Both the position numbers and the translations under genes were made by a program. From positions 176,011 through 240,010 of the forward strand of contig JAZKFH010000008.1 of NCBI GenBank assembly GCA_040386535.1: 64,000 nt of DNA, read 5' to 3'. Below, one piece after another: positions 48,001 to 55,834 of this stretch. The notes beneath the pieces were generated by a model, which saw nothing but the letters and a program-made list of their open reading frames with translations, was not told where the DNA came from and made no database searches. Origin of the DNA: Myxococcota bacterium. Its GTDB lineage: Bacteria > Myxococcota_A > UBA796 > SXON01. Position 1 is the stretch's first letter. Each line of letters begins with the position of its first letter.

Positions 48001-48596
48001 CCCGCACCGACTTCGCCGTCATCGCGACGGAGGCCTCGGGTGAGGTCGCCCGCGCCGCGTGTGACGGCAGCATCGGGGCCGACGGCACGGTCGAGGTCAT
48101 CATCCTGCCGCGCCGCCGCGACGGGGAGCTGTTCCCCGACCCGTTCCTGTCAACCGGCCTGCGCGACCACGTCCAGCGCTACCTGAAGAAGCGCTGCCTG
48201 ATCAACGTGCTCCCTGTGGTGCGCCTCGCGCAGTTCCTCCCGATCGACGTGAGCGTGACCCTGCGCCTCCGTCCGAACGCAAACCTGCTCGCGGTACGCG
48301 AGGCCGCCCAGAAATGGGTGGAACGTTTCCTCGATCCGTACGTCGGCGGGCTCGACAGCCAGGGTTGGCCGTTCAGCGGCACGCTCTACGCACAGGACTT
48401 CGCGCGCATGGTCTCGGGCATCCCCGAGGTGCGGCACGTCATCGACGTGGCGCTCTACGACATGGGCGGCGAGAAGCGCCGTCGTGGCGTGCCGGGTTGG
48501 GAGGAGGGTGAGGGTGTGAAGGAGCTGTTCCTGGTCGAGCACGACCTCTTCGCCGTCCGGCGGGTGCGCGTGCGCACCGAGGAAGCGTTCGAGTGA
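45090..48596 (+). CDS. Baseplate J/gp6-like protein (Afp11-like), enlarged
   Basis: PNLDDRRY...IPQYSPEWTN...DPGMTLVQLFAW; FGNGIRGKM; GNVAAG; ASGGHDAETIE; RDRAVTRTDF; GWPF. Confidence 0.93.
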   Translation: MPIRPPNLDDRRYEEILREARALIPQYSPEWTNLSDADPGMTLVQLFAWMTEMIIFRLNQVPDKTYIHFLNFIGEERKPARPAVAPVTFSLKGERPAEIPPFTRCATRQREDSTSADFVTVDGVTVHGATITRVMAVRGGNRPAVREVPFSNLHDNRSALLFAGGRGVDLFDLDPTEFGPDAYTPNQYFYVAHEDVRLMDISPEEERPLGRLLVRRAGRDGDTLSIASFFSWEYPTDEGWLPIPVDQEAQESLGMPEMALVTSLPGVVPIDGFALEERDLAFPDAVSKERWWIRGRLDYERWIASRMLQDLEISWRDDRGGEERPINNWEVRSTGRTLEFFLQDVPPIRGGWTIRFALVDRGLPAGRNSYLPRYRWYYRRGEGWEEIPRERVRIEGTVVLVTGPLTDMATDGYNLRAERIETVFLQGFIPELELDLTWVRPIELDLYSGDDPRRLESLLLTEGPWSPFQLSPVIPPTLGRKWYIGSDLFENRRKAPVVVEIDVAFEMNGAPIPEPAELYLLQLTYRADDNWRVVWSDDKIFSGFTFANLDPAGAKIAGVRTIRIVIDPEKQLRGLARADVGGRETTWIRFELVKASLTGQDEKKVQHPIVPRIHAVRLGVEGAVGAKAYEQPLPGPKMAQLDFREHNRRLTRILTRAVGRLGEFFPFFPFVEIKEENQALYLQFDKPIPPGRRHVISFRTRGETYLPEGVRVEWEMLEARDHGRFGWRRLHAPGEGENMPYQLTGTGTLDFPLPETPAMVADGFWLRARFALPGDLAVDRLPTLPPVTHMLLNTVDVVNLVTVRTEKYSGLGVPGQIIQLRKAPVFLHQREGERGIFKDAKAFPDLRVWVELEDGTIEPWQRVDEQSLLTAKKDARIFVVDPVEGTLTFGNGIRGKMLPVGSSNITVDTYRFVPGNKGNVAAGEINVVEGYADVVKAENLLPASGGHDAETIEEIIRRAPSLLTSRDRAVTRTDFAVIATEASGEVARAACDGSIGADGTVEVIILPRRRDGELFPDPFLSTGLRDHVQRYLKKRCLINVLPVVRLAQFLPIDVSVTLRLRPNANLLAVREAAQKWVERFLDPYVGGLDSQGWPFSGTLYAQDFARMVSGIPEVRHVIDVALYDMGGEKRRRGVPGWEEGEGVKELFLVEHDLFAVRRVRVRTEEAFE

Positions 48597-49714
48597 GCAC
48601 CGAGCTTGCGCTGCATCGCCGGGGGCAGGTGCCCGCCGTGTCGGGGGGCGACTACCGCTACCTCGAGGACACGGTCCGCATCGGGTATCCGGTGCGGGAC
48701 GCGATCACGTACCTCAACCGGCACCTCGGGAACCCCGTGGGCTACCGCCTGGTCGAGGCGCTCCGCGGCGAGCGCCCTGGCAGCGTGCGCACCGCGGAGA
48801 TCCAACCCGCCGTCGGTGGCGAGCCGACCTACGTGCGCGGCATCCGCGTGCTCCCCGACGGCACGCCGGCCTCCTACTTCACCCCGGATGACCTGGTCTC
48901 CGTCCTGACCGAGGTGGTCACCCCCGACGGCCGCCCGGCGACCTCGCTCCAATCCCGCGACCGCATCGTCCTGCACATTCCCGTGCGCGGCTACCTGCGG
49001 TATCTGCCCGGCCTCTTCCAGGGCGCGGTGCCAGCATCGCGTCGCGACATCGTTCGTGCGGACGAGGTCAGCGCCCGGCGCTGGGGCACCAAGGAGTCGC
49101 CGCACACCGCCGAAGTCCAGAGCTTCAACGCCGATGGGCTGCGCCGGTTCCTGTTCATCTTCCAGCACCTGATGACGACGATCACGGACAAGATCGACAC
49201 GATCCCGTCCCTGATCGATCCGATGAGCACCGACCCGCGCTTCCTGCCGTGGATCGCGAGCTGGGTGAGCTTCGAGCTGGACAGCTCGCTGCCCATCCAC
49301 AAGCAGCGGGACCTGACCCGGCGCGCGATCCGCCTGCTCCGCACCCGCGGCACGCTGGCGGGCGTCGAGGAGATGATCCAGGTGCTCACCAACGCGCCCG
49401 TCACGGTCGAGGAGCTGCGCAAGCCAACCTCGTTCGTGCTCGGCAAGTCGGCGCTCGCCGGCGGCGCCTCGGTCGAGGAGCGGTTCGTCCGCAACGAGCC
49501 GGCCGCCAGCTTCCTGCTCGACGAGGGGCGCGCGGCCACCACGTTCTTCGCGCTCGTGCTCCAGCCGGTCGAACAGTTCCGGCAGGACTTCGGAGAGCGC
49601 GCCCCGGGCGTCCTGCGCCGCATCGCGCAGATCGTCACCAACGAGAAGCCCTCCCACATCACGTTCACCATCCTCTTCTCGCGCGACGGGGACCCCCCCA
49701 AGCGCGGCGGATAG
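48593..49714 (+). CDS. Phage tail protein I / wedge (P2 gpI-like) with extra N-terminal domain
   Basis: YLRYLPGLFQ, LRRFLFIFQ, DPMSTDPRFLPWIASWV, RGTLAG, IVTNEKPSH; GTGA overlap. Confidence 0.88.
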   Translation: MSTELALHRRGQVPAVSGGDYRYLEDTVRIGYPVRDAITYLNRHLGNPVGYRLVEALRGERPGSVRTAEIQPAVGGEPTYVRGIRVLPDGTPASYFTPDDLVSVLTEVVTPDGRPATSLQSRDRIVLHIPVRGYLRYLPGLFQGAVPASRRDIVRADEVSARRWGTKESPHTAEVQSFNADGLRRFLFIFQHLMTTITDKIDTIPSLIDPMSTDPRFLPWIASWVSFELDSSLPIHKQRDLTRRAIRLLRTRGTLAGVEEMIQVLTNAPVTVEELRKPTSFVLGKSALAGGASVEERFVRNEPAASFLLDEGRAATTFFALVLQPVEQFRQDFGERAPGVLRRIAQIVTNEKPSHITFTILFSRDGDPPKRGG

Positions 49715-49717
49715 CCC

Positions 49718-50656
49718 GTGGATCACAAGAACTTCTTCCAGCTCTCCCGGCTCCGCCCCTTCGAGGGGCTCTGCCTCACCGCGAAGGACCTCGCGGACGA
49801 GCAGGCCTACCACCGTCGCAACCTGCAGCGGCACGTGCTCTACATGCACGGGCACGGCATCGTGCAGGGGCTCCAGGTCGAGATCGAACAGCGCAAGGAC
49901 AAGTACGTCGCCGTCATTCAGGCCGGGTACGGCGTGACGCGGCTCGGCCAGGGCGTGCTCCTGCCTGAGGCCGTCGCGGTGCCGCTCGAGGTGCCCCGCC
50001 AGGACGGCGAGTACATGTTGTGGCTCTTCCACGTGGAGACCCCGGACGACGGCACGATGCGTCCGCTGTTCGACACGAACGAGAAGAAGGAAGCGCGGAT
50101 GCGCGAGTTCTCGGCGCCGCGTCTGCACGCGATCGAGGAGGACTGCGCCGACGCCATCGCGCTCACGCGCATCAACGTGCGCCTCGGGCGCATGGTGCAG
50201 GTGCTCCTGCCGGTGCCGCGCGCCGGGCGTCAGTCCCGCGCCGCCGAATCGTACCTCAAGCCGCGCGTGGTCGAGTTCATCCGCGTGAACAAGAACATCA
50301 TCACCAACCTGCGCCGTACGGCCCAGCTGCAAGAGCTCGAGCTCGGCATGCTCGGGTTCTTCTCGTCGCTGGTGAGCTCGGAGTTCCTCCTCATCGAGGA
50401 GGGCACGTCCGACCGCGTGTTGTACCGGACCGCGGGCTCGCTCATCAACTACGCCCACGACTTCTACAACACGCTCCCCCGCACGATCGATCGCATCGAC
50501 AAGTTCAAGGAGTTCGTGCGCCGCGTGAACGCGGAAGTGCCGGGCGCCGAGCAGGGCGACGAGATCTGGCTCCGGTGGTTCGACAAGTTCGAGCGCCTGC
50601 TCCAGCCCCTCGGAAAGATCGTCGAGGAGCTCGAGCGGACGGTCGAGGCCCAGTGA
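49718..50656 (+). CDS. Short CIS fibre/baseplate-attachment protein (Afp13-like N-terminus only)
   Basis: RLRPFEGLCLTAKDLADEQAYH...HGHGIVQGLQV...IQAGYGV...GQGV; helical C-half. Confidence 0.7.
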   Translation: MDHKNFFQLSRLRPFEGLCLTAKDLADEQAYHRRNLQRHVLYMHGHGIVQGLQVEIEQRKDKYVAVIQAGYGVTRLGQGVLLPEAVAVPLEVPRQDGEYMLWLFHVETPDDGTMRPLFDTNEKKEARMREFSAPRLHAIEEDCADAIALTRINVRLGRMVQVLLPVPRAGRQSRAAESYLKPRVVEFIRVNKNIITNLRRTAQLQELELGMLGFFSSLVSSEFLLIEEGTSDRVLYRTAGSLINYAHDFYNTLPRTIDRIDKFKEFVRRVNAEVPGAEQGDEIWLRWFDKFERLLQPLGKIVEELERTVEAQ

Positions 50657-50707
50657 TCCGGATGACACCGTGAATCGGATGACAGAGTGATCCGGATGAT
50701 CCAGTGA
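50653..50707 (+). repeat. 3 x 17-nt imperfect tandem repeat filling the intergenic space
   Basis: GTGATCCGGATGACACC / GTGAATCGGATGACAGA / GTGATCCGGATGATCCA / GTGA. Confidence 0.9.
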
Positions 50708-51606
50708 GCGACGAGCAGAATGTCGTGCAGGTGCGCGTCCAGGTGATCGACATGAAGTCGTTCACCTTGGACCTGCAGGTGCCGACCTACCTGCCTGCGC
50801 GCGATCTGACGCAACGTGTCGCGCGCGACGCCGGCTTGGATTCGCATTGGGATGACGGTCGCCGTCGCTTGTATTGGTTGCGCGCGCGCGGACGCCTCAT
50901 GGGGGACGACGAGAAGCTCTCCGACCTCGGTGTCGTGAACAACGAGCTCGTGTACCTGCTCCCCGAGCCGCCGGCCGGCAGCGGTGTAATCGAGCAGCCG
51001 CCCGACTACCCGCAGACCCACGATTACGCCGGCGCCGGCACGCTCGCGTTGTTGGGTTCCCTGTCACTGGTGCTGCTGTGGGCGATTGGCTGGGGCATCG
51101 CGCTCTCCCAGGAACGCTCGCTGCTGGTCGTGTCATTGCCGGGCCTGGCGATGGGCATGTTCTGCACGTCGTTCGCGCGGCACGCCTGGGGCGGTGCCGG
51201 CAACCAGCTGCGCATCGTGGCCACCGGCCTGTTCATGCAGCTGATGATCACCATCATCGCGTTTCTGGCGCCGGTGCTGCTGGTCGGGGCGGACGTGCTC
51301 ACGGTCTACCAGGAAAGCGTGCCCGGGCTGATCCTGGGGCTGCTCGGGGTGTTCATCGGGTGGCTGGCGTGGTGGGGCGCGGTCGAGCCGCTTCCCCCCA
51401 AGCAACAGCAACAGGTCGAGCAGGCGCCCCAGGTCATGGCGACCGTGCCGTGTGGCGTGTGTGGGCTCGGCGTCGAGCAGAAGGTGCGCGTGGAGTGTCA
51501 GTACGCGTGCGGCCAATACTTCCACCAGGGCTGCTACAAAGCCAAGGTGGCGGTCTACCGCGGTGACAAATCCAAGTGTGCGATCTGCACGCGCAGGGTC
51601 GCGTAG
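50704..51606 (+). CDS. Ubiquitin-like (EsaB/YukD-type) domain + 4 TM + C4HC3 zinc finger protein
   Basis: VQVRVQVID...DLQVP...L.DDEKLSDLGVVNNELVYL beta-grasp pattern; four hydrophobic segments; C-x2-C-x11-C-x3-C-x4-H-x2-C-x14-C-x2-C. Confidence 0.75.
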   Translation: MSDEQNVVQVRVQVIDMKSFTLDLQVPTYLPARDLTQRVARDAGLDSHWDDGRRRLYWLRARGRLMGDDEKLSDLGVVNNELVYLLPEPPAGSGVIEQPPDYPQTHDYAGAGTLALLGSLSLVLLWAIGWGIALSQERSLLVVSLPGLAMGMFCTSFARHAWGGAGNQLRIVATGLFMQLMITIIAFLAPVLLVGADVLTVYQESVPGLILGLLGVFIGWLAWWGAVEPLPPKQQQQVEQAPQVMATVPCGVCGLGVEQKVRVECQYACGQYFHQGCYKAKVAVYRGDKSKCAICTRRVA

Positions 51607-51609
51607 CCC

Positions 51610-52056
<447 letters not shown>

Positions 52057-52161
52057 GTCGGGTCTCCAGGGGAGGAGGCTCGGCGCTGTGCCCGAGCCGC
52101 CCCGAATCTGTGACCCAGCTGGCGTACGTCCAGTGGTTGAACGCCCGGAAGGCTCGAATGC

Positions 52162-52776
52162 CTACTCGGGCGCCCCGTCGAAGCGGCCGGTGACCGCGAG
52201 CGTGGTGTCCGTCGCCGAGAGGGTACCGGCAAAGGTGCCGGCCAGGTTGGGCGCGCGGCTGCCCGTCCACGGGAGGTCCCCGGTGGCTCCCAACGTGAAG
52301 CTCAGCGTGCCCGCCGCCGTCTCGTCTCCCGCGATCGTGCCGTTCACGGTGGCCGCGAGCCCGGCCGGGTACGTGGCGGCGAGCGCGCCCGAGAACGTGC
52401 AGGTGCCCGTGCCCGAGACGATGTCGGAGACCACCCGGAGGCTGATGGTCCCCGCGCATCGGTCCACGGTGCCCGACGCGTCGGTGGCATCGACCTCGAA
52501 GGGGCCGATGTAGCCCAGGTCGCCGCCCGTGTCGCCGGTGTCGGTATCCACGTCCGTGTCGGAGTCGGTGTCCGCGTCGGTGTCGGCATCGGTGTCGGTG
52601 TCCGAGTCCGCGTCGGAGTCCGCGTCGGAGTCGGCGTCGGTGTCGGCGTCGGAGTCCGCGTCGGTGTCGGTCGGGGTCCCGTCCTCGCCCTCTTGTCCAC
52701 CGAGCTCCCACCCGGCCGCGCACCCCGCCAGGAGCGCCCAGGCGAGCAGGGGGAGCGAGAAGCAGACGATTCGCAC
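52162..52776 (-). CDS. Lipoprotein with D-[TSA] repeat linker and beta-rich C-domain
   Basis: GTG start with GGAGGA; lipobox LAGC; DTDADSDADTD tract. Confidence 0.75.
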   Translation of the reverse strand: MRIVCFSLPLLAWALLAGCAAGWELGGQEGEDGTPTDTDADSDADTDADSDADSDADSDTDTDADTDADTDSDTDVDTDTGDTGGDLGYIGPFEVDATDASGTVDRCAGTISLRVVSDIVSGTGTCTFSGALAATYPAGLAATVNGTIAGDETAAGTLSFTLGATGDLPWTGSRAPNLAGTFAGTLSATDTTLAVTGRFDGAPE

Positions 52777-52900
52777 GGGTTCCTCCGGGGCGGCACCCCA
52801 GCTACAGGGTGCCCTCCCGCGGCGGGATCCGCAAGCGCGGTTCCGCACGAACCATCCCGCACTTGCCCGCGGCTTGGTGCAGATTCGCTATAGTGGCGGG

Positions 52901-53890
52901 ATGGATTTTGATCGTATCGCCCGGGATCTGCTCGTCGCGCTCAGGGGCAGGCGCTCACAAGTGGCGTGGTCGCGGCGCCTCGGGTACCGCAGCAACGTCG
53001 CGTACGCGTGGGAGAGCGGGAGCCGGAGCCCCACCGCGGCGGAGACCTTCCGGGCAGCGCGTCGTGCCGGCGTCGACCTCTCGGCGGCGTTGACCCGCTT
53101 CTACGGCCGCCCGCCCGCGTGGCTCGACGCGCTCGATCCCGCGACCCCCGAGGCCGTGGCGCGGCTCCTCGACGATCTGCGTGGGAGCACGTCCATCACC
53201 GACCTCGCCCGCCGCAGCGGCCTCTCCCGCTACTCCCTGTCGCGCTGGCTCGCCGGCCAGACCCAGCCCCGCCTCGCGGAGTTCCTCCAGCTCGTCGAGG
53301 CCGCGAGCGTCCGCATGGTCGATCTGCTCGCCGTGCTGGTCGACCCCGCCACGATGCCGTCGGTGACGGAGTTCTGGACGCGCCTCGAGGCCCGGCGCAG
53401 GGGCGCGGCCGAATTCCCCTGGACCCAGGCCGTCGTGCGCGCGCTCGAGCTCGACGCCTACCGCCAACTCCCAGCGCACGAGCCCGGCTGGATCGCCGCG
53501 CGCCTCGGCATGCCCGCCGAGGAGGAGGAGCGTTGCCTCGCGTTCCTGTGTGACACCGGGCAGGTGACCCGCACCGGGCCGCACTACCAGGTGGAAGCCC
53601 TCGCCGTCGACACCCGCCGCCATCCGGACATCGGCCGGCGGCTCAAGGCGCATTGGACCCGCGTGGCGGCCGACCGGGTCGAGCGCGAGGCGCCCGGGCA
53701 GTTCTCCTACAACGTGTTCACGGTGTCCGAGGCCGACTTCGAGCGCATCCGGGAACTGCACCTCGCCTACTTCCACGCCCTGCGCGCCATCGTCGCCGAG
53801 TCGGAGCCCGGAGAGTGTGTGGCCGTCGCGAACGTACAGCTGTTCGCGCTCGACGCTACTCGAGCAGGTACGTCTGGAAGAACAGGGTAG
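52901..53890 (+). CDS. XRE-type double HTH regulator with DUF4423-like C-terminus
   Basis: LRGRRSQVAWSRRLG...WESG; SITDLARRSGLSRYSLSRWLAGQTQP; FSYNVFTVSEADFERI...NVQLF. TATAGT 6 nt before the ATG. Confidence 0.75.
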   Translation: MDFDRIARDLLVALRGRRSQVAWSRRLGYRSNVAYAWESGSRSPTAAETFRAARRAGVDLSAALTRFYGRPPAWLDALDPATPEAVARLLDDLRGSTSITDLARRSGLSRYSLSRWLAGQTQPRLAEFLQLVEAASVRMVDLLAVLVDPATMPSVTEFWTRLEARRRGAAEFPWTQAVVRALELDAYRQLPAHEPGWIAARLGMPAEEEERCLAFLCDTGQVTRTGPHYQVEALAVDTRRHPDIGRRLKAHWTRVAADRVEREAPGQFSYNVFTVSEADFERIRELHLAYFHALRAIVAESEPGECVAVANVQLFALDATRAGTSGRTG

Positions 53891-55781
53891 TGGCGTTGTT
53901 GAGGTAGTCGCGGTTGGACTTGCGCCGGAACCCGTGCCCCTCGTCGGCGGCCAGCAGGTACCACACCTCGCCCCCGTTGCCCCGCACCGTGCGGACCATC
54001 TGCTCCGCCTCGTTCATCGGCACCCGCGGGTCATTCTTGCCCTGGACGACGAACAACGGATCGCGGATGCGCGCGGCGTTGGTGGTCGGCGAGATGCTCT
54101 CGAGGAACGCCCGCATGTCGGGATCCCGCTCGTCGCCGTACTCGACCCGGCGCAGATCGCGCCGATACGCCTCGGTGCGCTCGAGGAACGTCACGAAGTT
54201 GGAGATGCCGACGGAGTCGAGGCCGCAGCGCAGCCGGTCGGCGTAGTGGATCATCGACGCGAGGACCATGTACCCGCCGTAGGAGCCGCCCATGACCCCG
54301 ACGCGGTCCTTGTCGAGGCCGGGTTGGGTCGCAATCCAATCGAGCACCGCGCCGATGTCCTTGACCGAGTCCTCGCGCTTCTTGCCATTGTCGAGGGTGA
54401 CATAGGTCTTGCCGTAGCCGGTCGATCCCCGCACGTTGGGTGACACCACCGCGATGCCCAGCTCGTTCACGAAGTACTGGGCCTGCGCGTTGAAGCGGTC
54501 GCTCGACTGCCCCTCGGGGCCGCCGTGGATGGTGATCACCACCGGGACGGGGCCCTTCGCGTCGCGCGGGCGGTACACGAAGGCGGGCACCTTCGTGCCG
54601 TCGAACGAGGGGATGCTCACGAGGTCCGGCGTCACGAACGTGGCCGGATCGAGCCCGCCGACCTCGGAGCTCGTCCAGCGGGTCACCTTGGCGCGCTTGA
54701 CCTCGACCATGTACACATCGGAGGTGGTCTGGGCGGTCGAGATCGAGACCGCCAGGCGCGTGCCGGCGGGGTCGAAGCTGAACCCGCCGACGACGCCGGG
54801 CGGCAGCGCCACGCGCGTGCGACGCGTCGGATTGGACGCGGGCGCGAGGTAGAGCGCGGAACGGCCGCCCTCGTTGACGCTGAACGCGAGGCGTTTGCCG
54901 TCGCGCGAGAGGGTGAGGGCCTCGACGTCCCAGTCGATGTCGGGCGTGAGGGAGGTCTTCACGCCCGTGGCGAGGTCGTGCCGGACCAGCCGCTGGTACT
55001 CGGTGTTCTCGTCGGACGTGTAGAGCACGGCGGCGCCGTCGGCGGTGAACGCGGCGTCACCATAGGCGACGGGCGTGGCGGAGGGGTTCAGCTCGGTCAC
55101 GCCGCCCGTGGCGAGGTCGAGCACGTGGAGGCTCGAGTCGGTGACCGAGACCCGGTGGTGGAGGAGGAGCCGGGTGTCGTCGGGCGACCAGTCCACGGCG
55201 CTCCACATGCCGTCGACCTCGTGCACGAGCTTCGCGCTGGTGGGGTCCTTCGGGTCCATCGTCCAAATGTCGAAGTCTTCCCGGTTGCGACGGGTGGACG
55301 AGTAGGCGAAGCGCCCGCCCGCGGTCGCCCAGGGGCCCCGCTCGTTGCGGGACGCGCCGTCCGTGAGCAACGTGGCCTGGCCGGAGCGCAGGTCGTGCCG
55401 GTAGAGCTGCCAGTTCTCGGCGCCGCCCGCGTCCTTGGCGAGCAGGATCGTCGTCGCGTCTCCCGTCGGATCGTAGCTGGCACCGGCGACGGGCTCGGTG
55501 AAGAACGTGAGCTGGCGACGGTCCGCGCCGGGGCCCACCACCGTGTGGACTTGGTTCGTCTCGCCGAAGCGCGTACTCACGAGGATGGAGCCGCCGTCGG
55601 GCGCCCACCCGAGGAGCGAGGCGCCACGCACGTTGTTGTATTGGCGGGCGCGCTCGGTGATCGTGTCGGGGATGGGAGGCACCCCGTCGATGGTCAGCGC
55701 GCCTTCCTGGCGCGGCCCGACCGGCGGAGGTCCAGGCTCGACGGCGGCGGCCTGGAGCGAGAGGAGGAAGGGGAGCAGCAT
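53856..55781 (-). CDS. Secreted S9 family (prolyl oligopeptidase/acylaminoacyl) peptidase
   Basis: Beta-propeller region, IHGGPE, NVRGSTGYG, GGSYGG, NDPRVP, DEGHGF. Confidence 0.93.
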   Translation of the reverse strand: MLLPFLLSLQAAAVEPGPPPVGPRQEGALTIDGVPPIPDTITERARQYNNVRGASLLGWAPDGGSILVSTRFGETNQVHTVVGPGADRRQLTFFTEPVAGASYDPTGDATTILLAKDAGGAENWQLYRHDLRSGQATLLTDGASRNERGPWATAGGRFAYSSTRRNREDFDIWTMDPKDPTSAKLVHEVDGMWSAVDWSPDDTRLLLHHRVSVTDSSLHVLDLATGGVTELNPSATPVAYGDAAFTADGAAVLYTSDENTEYQRLVRHDLATGVKTSLTPDIDWDVEALTLSRDGKRLAFSVNEGGRSALYLAPASNPTRRTRVALPPGVVGGFSFDPAGTRLAVSISTAQTTSDVYMVEVKRAKVTRWTSSEVGGLDPATFVTPDLVSIPSFDGTKVPAFVYRPRDAKGPVPVVITIHGGPEGQSSDRFNAQAQYFVNELGIAVVSPNVRGSTGYGKTYVTLDNGKKREDSVKDIGAVLDWIATQPGLDKDRVGVMGGSYGGYMVLASMIHYADRLRCGLDSVGISNFVTFLERTEAYRRDLRRVEYGDERDPDMRAFLESISPTTNAARIRDPLFVVQGKNDPRVPMNEAEQMVRTVRGNGGEVWYLLAADEGHGFRRKSNRDYLNNATTLFFQTYLLE

Positions 55782-55834
55782 CCGGGGAATGTGGCACGCC
55801 CAACGCGAGGAGGCACCCTCGCTCGGAGGCCGGC

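Noticed and set aside
33260..50656. Prophage or type VI secretion system
   Set aside because: No capsid, portal, terminase or integrase, and no TssJ/L/M, TssK or ClpV. The DUF4255 cap, Afp15-like ATPase and DUF4157 point to an eCIS-type locus.
45066..50668. Long minus-strand ORFs (954 aa and 737 aa) opposite the baseplate genes
   Set aside because: Typical antisense shadows of high-GC3 genes; the plus strand carries the recognisable motifs.
50653..50707. Mini CRISPR array
   Set aside because: Units are 17 nt, directly adjacent with no spacers, and no cas genes are in the window.
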